Assembly (NCBI RefSeq): GCF_009914755.1
Contig: NC_060930.1
Source: the human T2T-CHM13v2.0 reference genome, Homo sapiens
Strand: one strand, 5' to 3'
DNA length: 64,000 nucleotides
Positions 16,639 to 35,258 of the stretch are shown one piece after another. The position numbers were made by a program, and so were the translations under genes. The notes under the pieces are model-generated. The model had not been told where the DNA came from, searched no databases, and worked only from the letters and a program-made list of their open reading frames with translations. Within the stretch, counting starts at the first letter, position 1; each line of letters opens with the position of its first letter.

Positions 16639-19336
16639 TCAACATGCATATATCTCAAAAAATAATGGCGAGTGAAAAAAATGCCAAAACATAATTGATA
16701 CCTTCAGTTGAGTGTCTATAATATTAGTATCTGAATTTTTCTATTTTCTAAAAATTATTTTTAAAAAGCTTTGAAGTTCCTATGAGGTTAAATTTCTTTA
16801 TTGCTTTTTTCTTTTGTGGTAATAGCCTATAGTATAGCACTTTTAATTCATTTGTATTTACATAAAAATTTGTAATAAAACCAGAGGAATATTTAATATT
16901 TATAGTCTTACATTTAATCATTGACACACGTACAACACCAGTAGCAAACCTTTTAAAACATAGCCTTTTGTTCCCCATGAAAATTATTCTTCTTTCCTTT
17001 TATATTGACATCAACAAATTTCCAGTTGTTTTTCCTTAGTAATCTTGGAAGGCACCCTCCATCAACCCTCGACAAGTAACATAGTACTTATTCCTTACAC
17101 GGCAAATGTGTGACTCTATAAAGTAGGTCATGCCCTTCCCACAGAGGTTTCCTCACACAAACCAAGTCACATTTATAGTCTTAGAAAAGCAGCTGGCAAG
17201 TTAAGGGCTGAATATCAGGCTTTTTCCTAGCAAGGTTTATATATATATACATATATATTTACTTTGGAATGTAGATATCATTAATTCATGGTTAATTGTT
17301 TGCCTGGTACCCAAAGGCTTGAAAACAGGCTGAGCTGTTATCAACTGCATATAAAGGTGAAGTTTCTTAAAAATTTGTGTAAAAGTTAAAGAATTTATAA
17401 GTAGTCTTTAAAGTGGATCTTATATAGAAAGCCAGTACTGCACTGCAAATTTATTTTTAAAATATTTTTTATATTTGAAAGAGTAACTTACAGTTGTTTG
17501 TATTTCATTTAGGTCCTTTCCAAAGCTAAAGGCCAAGGAAAGAAAAAAATATATATGGTAATAAAGTTGCAGAAGATCCCTTCTGCTCCTTTAGTGATGA
17601 TACATACAGAGAGGAAGCAATGCTGGATGGGTTCTTTGTCAAAATATTTGTTTGGCAAAAATATTCAGAAAACTATGCAAGATAAGTAAACATTTTAGAG
17701 GACCTGGAATGTAACGTGAAGGCAAGTCTTGGCTCAATCAACATGAAAGAAACAGTCTCACTTCGGGTTTATTACAGACACATATTCATGGTCTAATCAG
17801 CATCTTTAAGCATGATACACAACAGACAGTTTTTAAACTCCTTTATATTTTTAAGGCAATTTTTACAGTTTTAGGGTTATTTAAAGTCAGTCCCTGCTTA
17901 TAGATGCCATAATACTATTCATTCCTATTCTTTTACATTGATATTTATTAGCCATGTCAAAACTTTCACAGATTTTTGTTTTGTTTTCCTTTTCTTGAAT
18001 GCCTTCCTATTTCCTACATTTTTTGTCACAATATATCTGCTGCAATTGCATTTTAGTTTGTTTATTCTCCTATCACTTGCCCTCAGAATTCGTATATATG
18101 TATATATGTGTGTGTATATGTAACAGACTGTACGTAGTCAGCATTGACGTCATATGTCAGCACTGATTAAACTGCAAAAAAAAAGTTTAATTCCTATGTC
18201 GTCCATCTCTAAAATGTTTTTTTTATTATTGACGGTCTATTCTAGTTCTTATCTACACACATACTCTACTTTCAACTTTATATCACATTTTTACTTAGCA
18301 TCATACATTTATTTTTTGATACGGTTACATCACTTTTGGTTAAGATTATATATGTATAAAATTTTCTTCAACTTTTTTATAGTAGTGAGCATTTATGTCT
18401 TTTTAATTATTTGGTATTACAAATAATATTTCCAAAACCACCTTCATAATACATATTTCCTCCTTTATGTTACTTCCCCTAAAAAATGACTATTCAGAAA
18501 TGGGAAATGGAGTCAAAGTTATTTGCCAAAGGATACTACCAAATTACAACTTTTAGTAATACATAAACACAGAGGTTGCATGAAAACTTTTTTTTTTATG
18601 TTTTAGATTTCAAAGAAAGTTTTCCTGTATATCCTCTCAGTTGACATTCATAATTATCACAAAACTTCTGTGATGACCTTAGTGGATTATTATTCTAAAT
18701 TCTACAGAGGAGGCTCACAGTCGAGTGACTTTTCCAAAGTGACCTTCGTGGAACTAGAATAAAACTCAGACCTGCCTCAAAATATAGTGGTGCTTCCACA
18801 CTGCTGCAATTCCTCTATGACCTTTTAAATAAAAGTCTTCAACTTGAAAATTCTCCAACTTCCTTAATTTTTCTTGACTCTTCTGTGTAGAAGACTTTGA
18901 AAGTCTTCACTCCAGACCAAGATTTCAAAATATTTAACGGGCCCCTGCATTTATTTTTTAGAATGTTGTTAGGGCAAGATAAGCTCTTACAGAGAGAATG
19001 CTCTCCAGTGAGATACAATCATTCAGTTAGAAACATCATGCATCTCATTTATAATGCATTTCTTATTCGATTAAAAAGATGAACTCATGAGCATCTTTGG
19101 ACAGATAGGCTGCGCAGGCTGGAAGGAGGGCAAACAAGTAAGCTTACTACAGGCGCTATGCTCAGGCAATGCAACAGAATGTTCAAAATGCAGGTACATT
19201 TACTACCCTAAAGTAAAAATAAGATGACTAAATTTTGCAGAAGATGTTTAAAATAAAATTTTGAGTGAGATGTTTACTTTTCTTCAAATGTCAGGGAAAC
19301 ACAATGAAGAGAAAATGGAAGCATTTTGAAACATAC

Positions 19337-19446
19337 CCAGCATCACCAGAGGTCTCTGCCGCCGAATGTTGAATTAGAATCTCCTCTCCACGACTGGCTA
19401 CTGAGCGAAGGAGACTCTTCTGCTCGGCTAATTCCTGTTCTAACTC
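19337..19446 (-). CDS. SYNE1: SYNE1 coding exon (~100), 110 nt, ELEQELAEQK...SGDA(G), ends in phase 2
   Basis: gagcag|GAG acceptor, GG|gtatgt donor; frame is completed by the next exon. Confidence 0.93.
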
Positions 19447-20435
19447 CTGCTCAAGGGAAAGGACAAACGCAAACACATTTGCTACTTTATGATTATTGCC
19501 TACAATCATAGTTCTAGCTATAAAATTCTCAGAGAACTTCGGTAGTGAGCTTTTAAGTTTGCATATTGCATAAAGCATGAGGTTTATGTAAATATTCAAA
19601 TGTGTCTCCAAAGTACTCTGTAGTGTTCTTTTGCTTTGATACAGGATACCTCTGAAAAATCTGGGGGTTAAAAAAAAAAAAAAAACCACCAATGGGAAAA
19701 GAAAATTTTGCCGGGCAATAGTGCCCTCAAGTGGTACAAAATGTACTCTCATTTTTCAAAATCAATATTGTCATGCTAAAAGGATAGATCCTTGGGAAAA
19801 GTGGCTTTTTAAGTTCTCCACTTAATTGATAAATTAGGTTATCAATAGATTTGGCTTTAATTCTTCATTATTTATAATAAATCCTCTTGTTATTTGAGAA
19901 AATAAAATATTTGAATATGCTTTTTACATACAGTTAAGGTACCAATGAGAAATCATTCTTATTCATCAAAGTTCATTTGTTTCACTAGGCAACAATTAGC
20001 AATCCTATTTTGTAACGACATCTACTTGAAAGTAAAAATACAAACTGCATTCATTAAAAAAAATAACAAACATGCAACTTACACTTTCACCAAACCTCAA
20101 AAGGCTTTCCTGAGATTTATATTAAAATTAAATAGATTCAGAGGGCAAATCTGAAAACAGAATAGGTATCTCTGGTAAAGAAGATGAGAGCCATGTTACA
20201 CTATTTGTAAACCTAAACACAAGCTTTTCTTAAAGACTGGATTTTCAAATGACCAATCATCCCAGTGGTCATGAGTCAATACACTGAAACACCAACATCT
20301 TGCTTCATTCAAAGAGAAGATAAAGAGACACTCTGTCTTTAGTACAGAAGCAACTTGTCTGTCCTTCTGAAATATGCCTCTCAGGTTCTTCTCTGGGCAG
20401 ATCTGCAAGCTAGAGAGAGGTAGGAAACACTTTAC

Positions 20436-20567
20436 TTTTTGTTGCTGGAGACTGCTCTGCCGCTGCTGGGTCCATGTGGTGCGAGCTTGGGCCAGCCATT
20501 CCTGGACGCCGGGGCTCTGCGTGGCTGTTAGGTCAACATCGCTCTCCTCCTTCTCCTGTGCTGTTCC
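20436..20567 (-). CDS. SYNE1: SYNE1 coding exon (~99), 132 nt (135 nt if the upstream AAG is used), GTAQEKEESD...LQQQK
   Basis: aagcag|GGA tandem acceptor, AAA|gtaaag donor. Confidence 0.92.
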
Positions 20568-23500
20568 CTGCTTTTAACGAGGCAGAAATCAAGTCATGCT
20601 ACACACCGGAAAACCTTAACCAAAGGGGAGAGAAGGCTACTTTGGTGTGATCTATGTAATGATACCAAAGTGGCTCCACTGGGATGTGAAACCACATTTT
20701 TTAAAAAAAACAGTAACACAAAACCCATCTAAGTTATGGCATTTGCAGGAGCAAGAACAACATACAGATAATCACACATAGAACTGTTTGAGGGGAAAAC
20801 CCATATATTTAGAGGTTAGTCTTTTAGCTGACCAATGTGGTCATCAGATATTCCAGATTTTTTTTCCACAAAAACATAACTCAAGATCCTTTGATGAGTT
20901 TGTTTTTTAAGTCACACAAAGGTAAACTGTTTCTCAAATGATCATTACCCACAATAATTGTGTCTCTCCCGTGAAAGCATTACCCTGCCTTATGTCACTT
21001 TCTCTAATCCAGGTCCAGACAATGAAAGATTTTTAGAATAATCTTCCTAAAAATTTTTCTAAAAGATTATTAATCAAAGACATTTTAATGTCTTTGAGAA
21101 GCAAAAAGTTCACTGTTCTGTAAGGCATCATACTCTCTGGAATTCAGTAAGAACTTAAATTTGATTCTCAGTTCATATGGGAGAAAATGTACTGCAGCAT
21201 AGAGGCAAGGAGTCTAAACAAGGGTTTCCCAGGCCGGCTGGACATCCTCTGTTCCACCTTTCACAGACCAGGTCTTGACCTCTATGTCACAGAGCCTCAC
21301 CTCCACCACAGTAACTCAAGTCCCAAGACACTGAACTAGGCAGGAAGCCTCATCCCTGATACTGGTCTGTGTAAACCTTCTGTGTCTACCCTACTAGGGC
21401 GATAGATTTAAATTATTCCTAGAATTCTCTATCTTTGAGAGTCTGCTGTTTATATAATAATATTTATAGACTGACCTACATAATTAATAGACTGTACTCA
21501 AAGATGAAAACTCTTTAAGAGTCTTTCTTTCAGAACCATCAATTAGCACATTAAAAAAAGTCATTTACTGTGGGCACGTGTGGTTACCATTTTACAAATT
21601 CAAAGCTTAATTGAGCCTTGAGAGGTCAGTGGTGTGATTATTAAAGGTGAGATCTCTGAAAAAGTACCCTTCACTCCCTCCATCACCATCACCAGAAACT
21701 GGCCCATTGCTAAGCTGGCTTGGAGAAAGTCTGACTAAAGGAGAAAGACCAAAGTAATGACTCAGCACCTAGGCAAGAGTTGATCCTTCCTGCCTGATTA
21801 TTCTAATGGAATTTGAAAGGCCCTAAAATGTTGCACATCAAATGGGATTAGTTCTGAATGAGAGCTTTTCTACTCACATAGATTCATCTGTCAAAGGATA
21901 AATTATAATTTCAATATAACTCATTCACTACTTAATAAGCACTCACTAGACACTGTTCTAGAAGCTGGGAGTGTTTTGGAAGCCAGATGAGGGCCCTGGT
22001 GGGGAGTTAGACTATAAACAAACAGATAACTGAGCTGAAGATAAGGCCTACAGAGACTGATAATGGGATAGAAAGTTTTAGGGAGGCCTAAGGAAGCATC
22101 TTTAGAAGAGACAATTGCACTCTGCATGACGAGAGACCACCAGCCTTGCAAAGATCTAGAGTGAGGGCATTCAGACCCAGGGAACAGTTGGCACAAAGAC
22201 CCTAAGGTGAAAGAAATTTGCCATTTCAGAGAGAACAGAGCAGTGAAGAGGACAGCAGGGCTGGCGTACCATGGGGCAGAGGAAGGATATTTTACAGGTT
22301 GCTTCCACGGAGGAGCCTCCTGCCATCTATTTCTGGAGCTGCTGCTCGCCTGCCCCTGGTTGTTCTTTGCAATGTCTGAGCACAACATGGGACCCAGCCA
22401 TTCCAGCTCATCCAACCTAACTGCCCACAGAGACCCTTCTCTCGCTCTCCTATTTTCAGAGTTTTATACTCACCATTTTAGGGAAATAGATGGGATCTGT
22501 TTACCTTTCTGTTTCTTCTTTTTTTCATTAGAATCTCATGATTAAATTGTCTAATAGACTTTATCTTTATCTTTGCAAGGCGGTGTCGGTGCTTGAAGCT
22601 AAATGAACAGTAAAAACCTGTAGGTAATAGTATATAAAACTTTCTCCCAGATTCTGAGCCCACCCGAGCTCAGAGGTACTTCCTTTCCTTTCAGATGATC
22701 CAGCCAGAGATTGCAGTTTAGGTAGAACAACGGGGGTGCAATGGTCTAATATATGCTAGTTGCATTTTGCAAGACCTTCAGAATGGGTGACTAGTGACAC
22801 TAAATTCTCCACCTTCTGCGGAATTTCTCAAAGATAAGCAGTGATTTTCCTAGAGATGGGAAGTTTGGGTGGATGGGCATTCTCCCAGAACTGGAACCCA
22901 TGATTTTCTGCATGAAAACAGATTCTCTCTCATCTAAGACTCCACCACCTTCTAAGAATAAGCTCTAAAAGATCCTGGTTCTTCCAAGCAAAGTTGAAAC
23001 AGCAGTTCAAAAGGAACCCATAGAAAATGGCCTCAAGAAATCAGTGGACGAGACTGAAAGTTGTCCCCATCAGAGCTGCTCCAGCTGCCAAAGTAGTGGC
23101 CCTGGCCATGACCTGCTGACTTGCTTTTGTGGGATCCAGGCCACTTCCTCTCTGCTTTTCTCTTCAGCAAAAATTTGTTTTTCAGAGCCCGGCCTGAAGA
23201 CTCCCTTGGAAAATTCTCCGAGCCCTGAGCCCAACACGCTCTTCTACGCCAGTTACTATGGTCTGATTGAGAGAGGTTGGCTCAAGTTCCTTACACCAAA
23301 TTTGGATTTGGAACACTGACAATCGAAATGTTAGGTCTTAACAACTTCCTCACTTTTATATGCACAGATATATATTCAGATTCTATGCGGTTAGACTCAG
23401 TTTTTCAGTGAGTGAATTTTTCTCTGAATGATTTAGTCATTGTGAAACATAAGACTTGGACCACAGGAAGCAAACCATGATTAAGAATCCAGTTCAAATT

Positions 23501-25519
23501 TCATTCTCTTTCCCCTGGGGATAAGAAGGTGCAGCCAGAAGGAATGTAATTATGGTAATTACTTTCTCTGAGGTGTGATAACAGTTTTCTGCCATGCCTA
23601 GGGAATGCAGAGGTTAGGCGGTTTCTGTCACCAGTCCCCACTGGGTGGGGCTACATAAACTTTATTTTGGAAATACTAGAACAGTAACCACTTTTGCCAG
23701 GAACATTCCTTGGAAGATGAATGAGGACTGGGCAGTGCTAAACATTACATAAAACATTTCTTTATAAAGCTTTTTATTATTTTATGGGGCAATCTCTCTG
23801 TTCTTTTAATGAATGATAATGTGTGAAAAAGACCCAGCTTCATGAAGATACCACGTAATTCAGGAGATCTTACTACATGCCCTTAAGATCTTCACATAGA
23901 GAAGCAGTCTATTTGATAGGAAACAAAAAAGCATAGTCATTCACTGATACCCATGCAAGTCAAATTAGTTAAAAGGAATGGAGGTAAGAGGTATTACCAT
24001 CTCCCAGCTTCAGTAGCACTAAGTAATGGTGTGCTTACAGACTTAGGAAGGTATTCCAACCCTCCTGAATCATCCAAGCCCCAATTAAAGAGCATTAACA
24101 TTGCTGAGGGCTGCATTTAATGGATGATTTGTTTTCTGCAATTAACTTTAGTTAATTTCAGATTAACTCCAAATTATTTTTAGTTTTCTACATAAAGGGA
24201 CATGATCCTTTTCATGGCAATAATAATGTAAACAGGGCTCCTTTTCTTCCCACAGATGGAAAAACAATCTTCCAGGAAGCTCTAATTATTTTAAAAGATC
24301 TAGTAATATTTTATATGCTGGGAACTTCATTAGATGAAAGATGATGGAATTTATAGATAGTTTAAAAATAAACAGTAACCAATTTCCATGTAGTAAAACA
24401 CTACCACATTTTTCTGTATTTACACTTCACCCAATGTGGGCAGGGTCAGGACTTGACTCAGTTTAAAGAATTCCCGTGGACCTGGGCAGGATCTGCTGGG
24501 TGTGGACACCACAGTGGTGTGTACATGCTCAGTCCAGCCCGCTAAGTCTCAAGCCTGGCCTTTCAGCATAGCAGAAGCTTCTTCGTCTCAAAGAATGTGA
24601 TTTGGAAACAGTTGGTTATTGTTATTAATTATTTTAACTGCTGCAATTTGAGCATTTATTGTATTACTTGCATTTAAATCCTCACTGTTTTTTTTCTTTT
24701 TGATTATTTTTTCCACATGTTCTAAAGAATTTTTTTAAGTTAAATATTATTATCCATATTTTACAGATGAGAAAACTGATCCGTAAGAAAGTTGTGGAAA
24801 ATTTAAGGCTCTTGCCCCAGGTCACCTCGTTAATAATGAATGGGAAAAAGATAAACAGATTTCAATCCTGGCTTGTGGATATGCTTTCTTTGGCACACAA
24901 ATTATTTTAAAATTTTAGATTTAAATGTCAACGTTTAAAAGTTGGGAGGCTTTAGAAATAAATCCACATTCCCTATCTCTTGAAAAACTAGAAGATCCAG
25001 CAATGCCACTTGTAAATTCTTGTGTGATAATAGCTAGAGCTTAGTAACAGCTGCTTCTTAGACAGGAGACCAGCTTGCCAAGGGCCAGGCTGGGCCTGCT
25101 CCCCTCATTGGTTTTGCCCTTCCCAGGCCACGAGACCTTGGAATTTGTGGTTCCTGCCTTGTTTAATCCCTCTTGTGCTTGTGAGTGAGGATCAGGCCGC
25201 CCCTTCCCTTACTACCTGCCTCTAGCGGTAGGGTGGGGCAAGGGAGTAATAAGAGCTTTATAAATGATTGCTATCCTACCTAGGAAACTTTCAAGGCTTT
25301 CCCTTTATTTTAGCTTCTTTAGAAATTAAGTTCATTCAGAGATCACCACTGAAAATAGAAGAAAGCATTATATATTAGACCTATAATAGCTGTTTACAAA
25401 ACTAGGTGAATTGCTGTCTACTTTTACAGCTAGAAAATCATTCTACTTCTGTTCAGTTTTAGTATGTGTAACCTTTTCTTTTGACTTTAATTACAAAGTC
25501 ACATTGCATGTGCATTTTC

Positions 25520-28868
<3,349 letters not shown>

Positions 28869-29369
28869 CACATTCCTTTTTCACCAACTTTTCCTCTATT
28901 GAGTTATTTCCATCAACGTGTAAACTTATTATTTTTCTGATCTTAAAATGAAATACTCAAATTGTGATGAATGTAAAAGAAAAAAAGAGATAAAATTTTC
29001 TTTGACCCACTTCTCCTTATAGCTTATCTCATTCCTCTATATACCACTTTACAGCAACACTCCTGGAGTAGCCTTTACTTTCCCTCTCCAGTTCCTCTCC
29101 TCTCATTGTTACTTTCATGTCAGAGTGCTTTTTGCCTCCACCACTCCGCTGAACAGCTGTTGTTAGTAGTCCTAACAAAATCTATTTGCAAATGTTTGCC
29201 AAAGTCCAAGAGTGTAAACTTAAAGCTGCATGCTAAAATGTCAGCGTAAAGCAGGTACACACACAAGTACGCGTCACCGCCAACCTGTTCCTTTACCTGG
29301 CAAACCTTAGAAGGAGCACGTGAACAGTGTGCCAACTTTCAGCTGTGGGCCAGCGGCTGGAACCCTCAC

Positions 29370-29561
29370 CTGCATGTTGAGCTGCTTATCATGCAGGGCT
29401 CTCTGCAGCTCCAGCAGGCTCCCCTTGAGCCTTCTCAGCTTTCCAGCCAGCTGCTCGGCCTCGTCCTTGGTGTGAGCTTTGCCCTCCAGCAGCAGGTTCT
29501 CATTGTGGACTGACAGTTCTGATAAAGCCACCACCTTCTGCTCTATTTCCACCAGCATATT
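29370..29561 (-). CDS. SYNE1: SYNE1 coding exon (~98), 192 nt, NMLVEIEQKV...QLNMQ
   Basis: ctgcag|AAT acceptor, CAG|gtgagg donor. Confidence 0.95.
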
Positions 29562-29723
29562 CTGCAGCAACAGAAATAAGAATGAAACTCACACATCTCC
29601 CCAGCCTCTGCAAAGACTGTTTCCCACAGTGAAATACAGCCCTTTGGAGTCTTTTACGAAACGGACAGGCTTTCATGATTTTTTGTAGTTTTCCCACGGC
29701 CTTGACGAGTAAGTAGTCTGTAG

Positions 29724-31020
<1,297 letters not shown>

Positions 31021-31614
31021 TATAACATCAAACCAAAAAACTAGAACTAAGTAGAAGAGTAATACTTTTATTAAAATAGGAATTAAAAGATGATTTCCTG
31101 AGGATTATTGTTAAGAAATTAACATAATTCTGTGCAGGGTTGATTTTACCATTAGGCACAGCAAGTACAGTGCTGAGGGTCTGTGATGCTTTTAGAGCCC
31201 CAAGAAAATGTTTGATTTTAATTTCTTTTAAAATCAAAAGAAAAAAACTGAATATAATAATATGGAATACATCACAACAAATCTATTCCGAATCATGTAA
31301 GTCTTTGTACCACAGCAATTGTAAAACTGAAAACATAATTTTTAGCACTTCCATGGGGGAAACAGCCTACAAAAATGAAGTGCCCAGACCCACAAAGGAC
31401 ATCACGTGGTTCCAATTCTGTGTAATAGTCACCGTTATAATTAGTGTGCAACTGAATTCATATTAGATTTTAACTGACAAGATTTTAGCTGGCTTATATG
31501 TAAGATTTTAATTGAATCTAATTAAAATTTGAATTAATTTAATGTAGTAATTTAATATTAGATTTTTAAAAACTATTTTCTGGTGTGATTTAATATGTTT
31601 CCAGTTTCTTAAAG

Positions 31615-31829
31615 TAAGCTTGTCCAACCCACGGACCATGGGCCGCATGTGGCCCAGGACAGCCTTGAATGTAGCCAACACAAATTCAGAAACTTTCTTA
31701 AAATGTTATTTTTTTTTTGTAATTTTTTTTTAAGCTCATCATCTAGTGCTAGTGTATTTTATGTGTGGACCAAGACAATTCTTCTTCTTCCAATGTGGCC
31801 CAGGGAAGCCAAAAGATTGAACACCCCTG
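31615..31829 (-). mobile_element. MER30-like hAT-Charlie MITE
   Basis: AAGCTTGTCCAACC...AACACCCCTG ends; perfect 8-bp TSD TCTTAAAG. Confidence 0.85.
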
Positions 31830-33087
31830 TCTTAAAGTATGGTCAAAACACTATTTTAATACTTTGGAAAAGTATTGAAATACATTACCTGGTTTATGGA
31901 CTTTATGTGTTACAATAAAAACAGATATCTTCACAAGAGAGAGGTGGCAGTATGATAAAACATAACTTTGAAATGTTAGTTTGGGTGGTAACTTCAAGTG
32001 CCAAAAGGCAATGGGCTAATAGATGTTTCTTCTCAAAAAATAAACATTAGAAAGAAGATATAAAGAGCAGAAAAACTTGCATATGGCTAATTAATCTCTA
32101 TCATCATGGCAAAGAATAACAGTGCTTTGGATACACATAGATAAGTTTCCTAAAGCATTAAAAAATCCGAATGATAATGATCAATATTATGAATCTCAAA
32201 TCACAAATAAGAATAGCCAAAATGGTGTACCGTAAATTAAGAAAAAAGTTAGTGTGCACTAAGTAATGATTTTCACATATTTCCTCTGAGTCCAAAAAAA
32301 AGGAATATAAAGTTGTATATATTGATACTTAACCCTGAAGACTAGACAGGGTTTTCTAGATATTTCCTAGTTAATAAAATGAAAAAGCTTTTAAGGTATA
32401 CTTCACCCATGTGCGAAGTCAAATATGAAGATCATCATTGAAGTTTGATGACAAGCATATGGGACTTCATTATCTATTCTTTATACTTATATGCATTTTT
32501 GAAAAATTCCATAATAAAGAGGTAAGAAAATAGCATTAGAATAAAGACTTTAATGCAATTACTCCTCACAGTAATTCCTAGAGCCCTAACATAGGTGGAA
32601 AACACATTCTCTGCTCCAAAAGACAGCCTTCCCATCTTCAGTCTCCCTGTTTGCCTAAAACTGACACTTGGAAAAGTTTTCCGAATAATATATCAGGATT
32701 AGAACCAAAATTGTAACAGAGCACCTAGAGATACTTCCTGTTGTGTTTATTTCCAGTCTGACTCACTGCTACTGATTCTCCCCATTGGCTTTGTATTCCT
32801 TAATAAGTACTAAATACAGATATTATGGTATTTTGGTATCTACAGTTTTTAAACATGACCTTTAGGAAGCCGGAGACACTGTGGTCAATGTTTTTCAAAA
32901 AGTGAGTCCAAGTTTGGATTTCATTTAAGCTTTTATAATGTATTACTTTTCTATTCTTTAAATGTATAAAGTCTATGGGTTGGGAAAAATCATATATCCA
33001 CACCAAGCCTTTTTATAGTATGTTTTCTGTAGTTTAAAAAAATGTGCTTCATGATGTTGACATATTCCTTTGAGACCATTTTGGTAC

Positions 33088-33261
33088 CTGGCAGTCCATA
33101 AGCTGGGCCTCCATGTCCATGGGCTCCTTGGGTGGACTCAGCGCAGTGTCCAGAGTGGCCTTGGTACTCAAGAGCCAGCTGTCCAGCTCATCGGCTTCAC
33201 AGCGATACCTCTGCAGGGCCTGTTCCTGCCTTTGTTCCTCCAGCTGATCATTCAACTTCTC
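33088..33261 (-). CDS. SYNE1: SYNE1 coding exon (~97), 174 nt, EKLNDQLEEQ...LMDCQ
   Basis: caacag|GAG acceptor, CAG|gtacca donor. Confidence 0.95.
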
Positions 33262-33329
33262 CTGTTGAATTCAGTAGAAGGTAATATAGATCACGCTAAG
33301 GTAAAATCTTGAGAATTTAACACAGTAAA

Positions 33330-33500
33330 GCAATGGTTCCAGGCCCTGGCTGTACATAAGAATCACTGGTAAAACTTTTAAAAATTTCCTTTGCTTAGGC
33401 CACATCCCAGAACAACAATCAGAATTTCTAGGGGTGAGTCTCAAAATTGGTATTTTTAAAAAGACTCCCTAGTGATTTTAATGTGTACCTAGAGTTGAAC
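33330..33500. mobile_element. Degenerate MER5-like hAT element
   Basis: AGAATCAC...ATCAGAATTTCTAGGGGTG...GTGATTTTAATGTG pattern. Confidence 0.6.
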
Positions 33501-34069
33501 AAGGTATTCTCAAATAACATACCTATAGGACCAGGCAGTAATAGAAATGATGGAAATCAGTCAAGGATTAGAACAAAACAATGGCATAAAGCGGTTGGTA
33601 AATGGCAGTAGACACCGGACCTCTATTTCTGGGAAGAGTAGGGAGTGATGGAGACTGTGGCAAACTGAAAAACATGCGGCCTGTCTAAAACAGCAGCCAC
33701 ATACAGTTTCAGGCAATTGATCCCTGTGGGAAGCGGTGGCCCAGTGTTAACTTTCATCTCCAGTAAAGGGAGAAATCCAAATTTCTAGGTTAGCTCTCTG
33801 AGTTTTTCAATGATTGCAAATAATTCATGTTGAAAAAAAAATCGACGTCAATCGCTTCATTTTGAAACCCCCACAAGTTTTTCATAGAGTTACTGGGGAC
33901 AATATAAATGAATTAAAAGTTAACTTTTAAAATACTCTAAATACTTTATTTTAAAAATTATTTTATGAATAATTCATTATTTTAAAATTAATTTTATTAA
34001 ACCATTTAAAATAGAAATTAAGAAGTAGGGCAGACACATCGGCTTTAAATTTCTCTAATACAAGAAGTA

Positions 34070-34124
34070 TTAGGTTGGTGCAGAAGTAATTGTGATTTTT
34101 GCCGTTACTTTTGCACAAATCTAA
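34070..34124. mobile_element. Internally deleted MADE1 (Hsmar1-derived MITE)
   Basis: TTAGGTTGGTGCAGAAGTAAT...TTACTTTTGCACAAATCTAA with TA on both sides. Confidence 0.85.
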
Positions 34125-34776
34125 TATATGAATATATTATTTGACTAATCATATAATAGGTAAAACTAGAGAGAGACTACACACCCAGCAACAGGGTCAT
34201 GGTTAATTGCATTATGGTGTAATTAGCAGCTAAATAAAATAATATTCAGTTCATATAATAAGAAATGTATTGAGAACCCATTATGTGCCAGAGAAGCTGC
34301 TAAGAGATACAAGATGATAGATACTGTAAAGGTCTTTAGGGAGCCTCCAGTCTAACCAAACTACAGGAGCAACAATATGAGTAGCCTAGAAGCTTAGGGC
34401 CAAGAATTTACGAGAGAACAAATAAAAAAGGAAGATAGCTGATTTTTAACACAGATATTACTGCTGCCCAAATTTGTCTCTATATTAAATAATATTTAAA
34501 TTAAGTAACGTGGGAACCAGAATAGCAAGAGTATTTTCATGAATTACTATGTCTGAATTGGCTAACAGTGACTAAGTAGGATTTATTCTTTATAGTGTTA
34601 GTAATATCATCCATCAAATGCTGTCGTGTAAACATAGCAAACCATTATGCAAATCCTCTACAATTATTCTTCACAAGGCTCATGTCTACCAAGAATTTGC
34701 TTTCCACATTCTCAATATTTCACGCCTGAAATGAGTCAGAAAGGAGTCAAAGGACATATTCATGGCTACACACTGA

Positions 34777-35115
<339 letters not shown>

Positions 35116-35258
35116 GTGGAGACCATTCTTGAAACACAATCCCAGCTTAGGAGAGGGAAGCAATGAAAATGTAAATACGTAAGTAACCCACATACTTGGT
35201 AACACAACGTTAAAAGTTAACTCAGAAGTGAGGAGGCCACTTTACAGTTATTGGTTAC

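Noticed and set aside
25210-25232. CTCF-like CCGCTAGAGGCAG on the minus strand
   Set aside because: It misses the conserved GGC register at the 3' end of the core; too weak without ChIP data.
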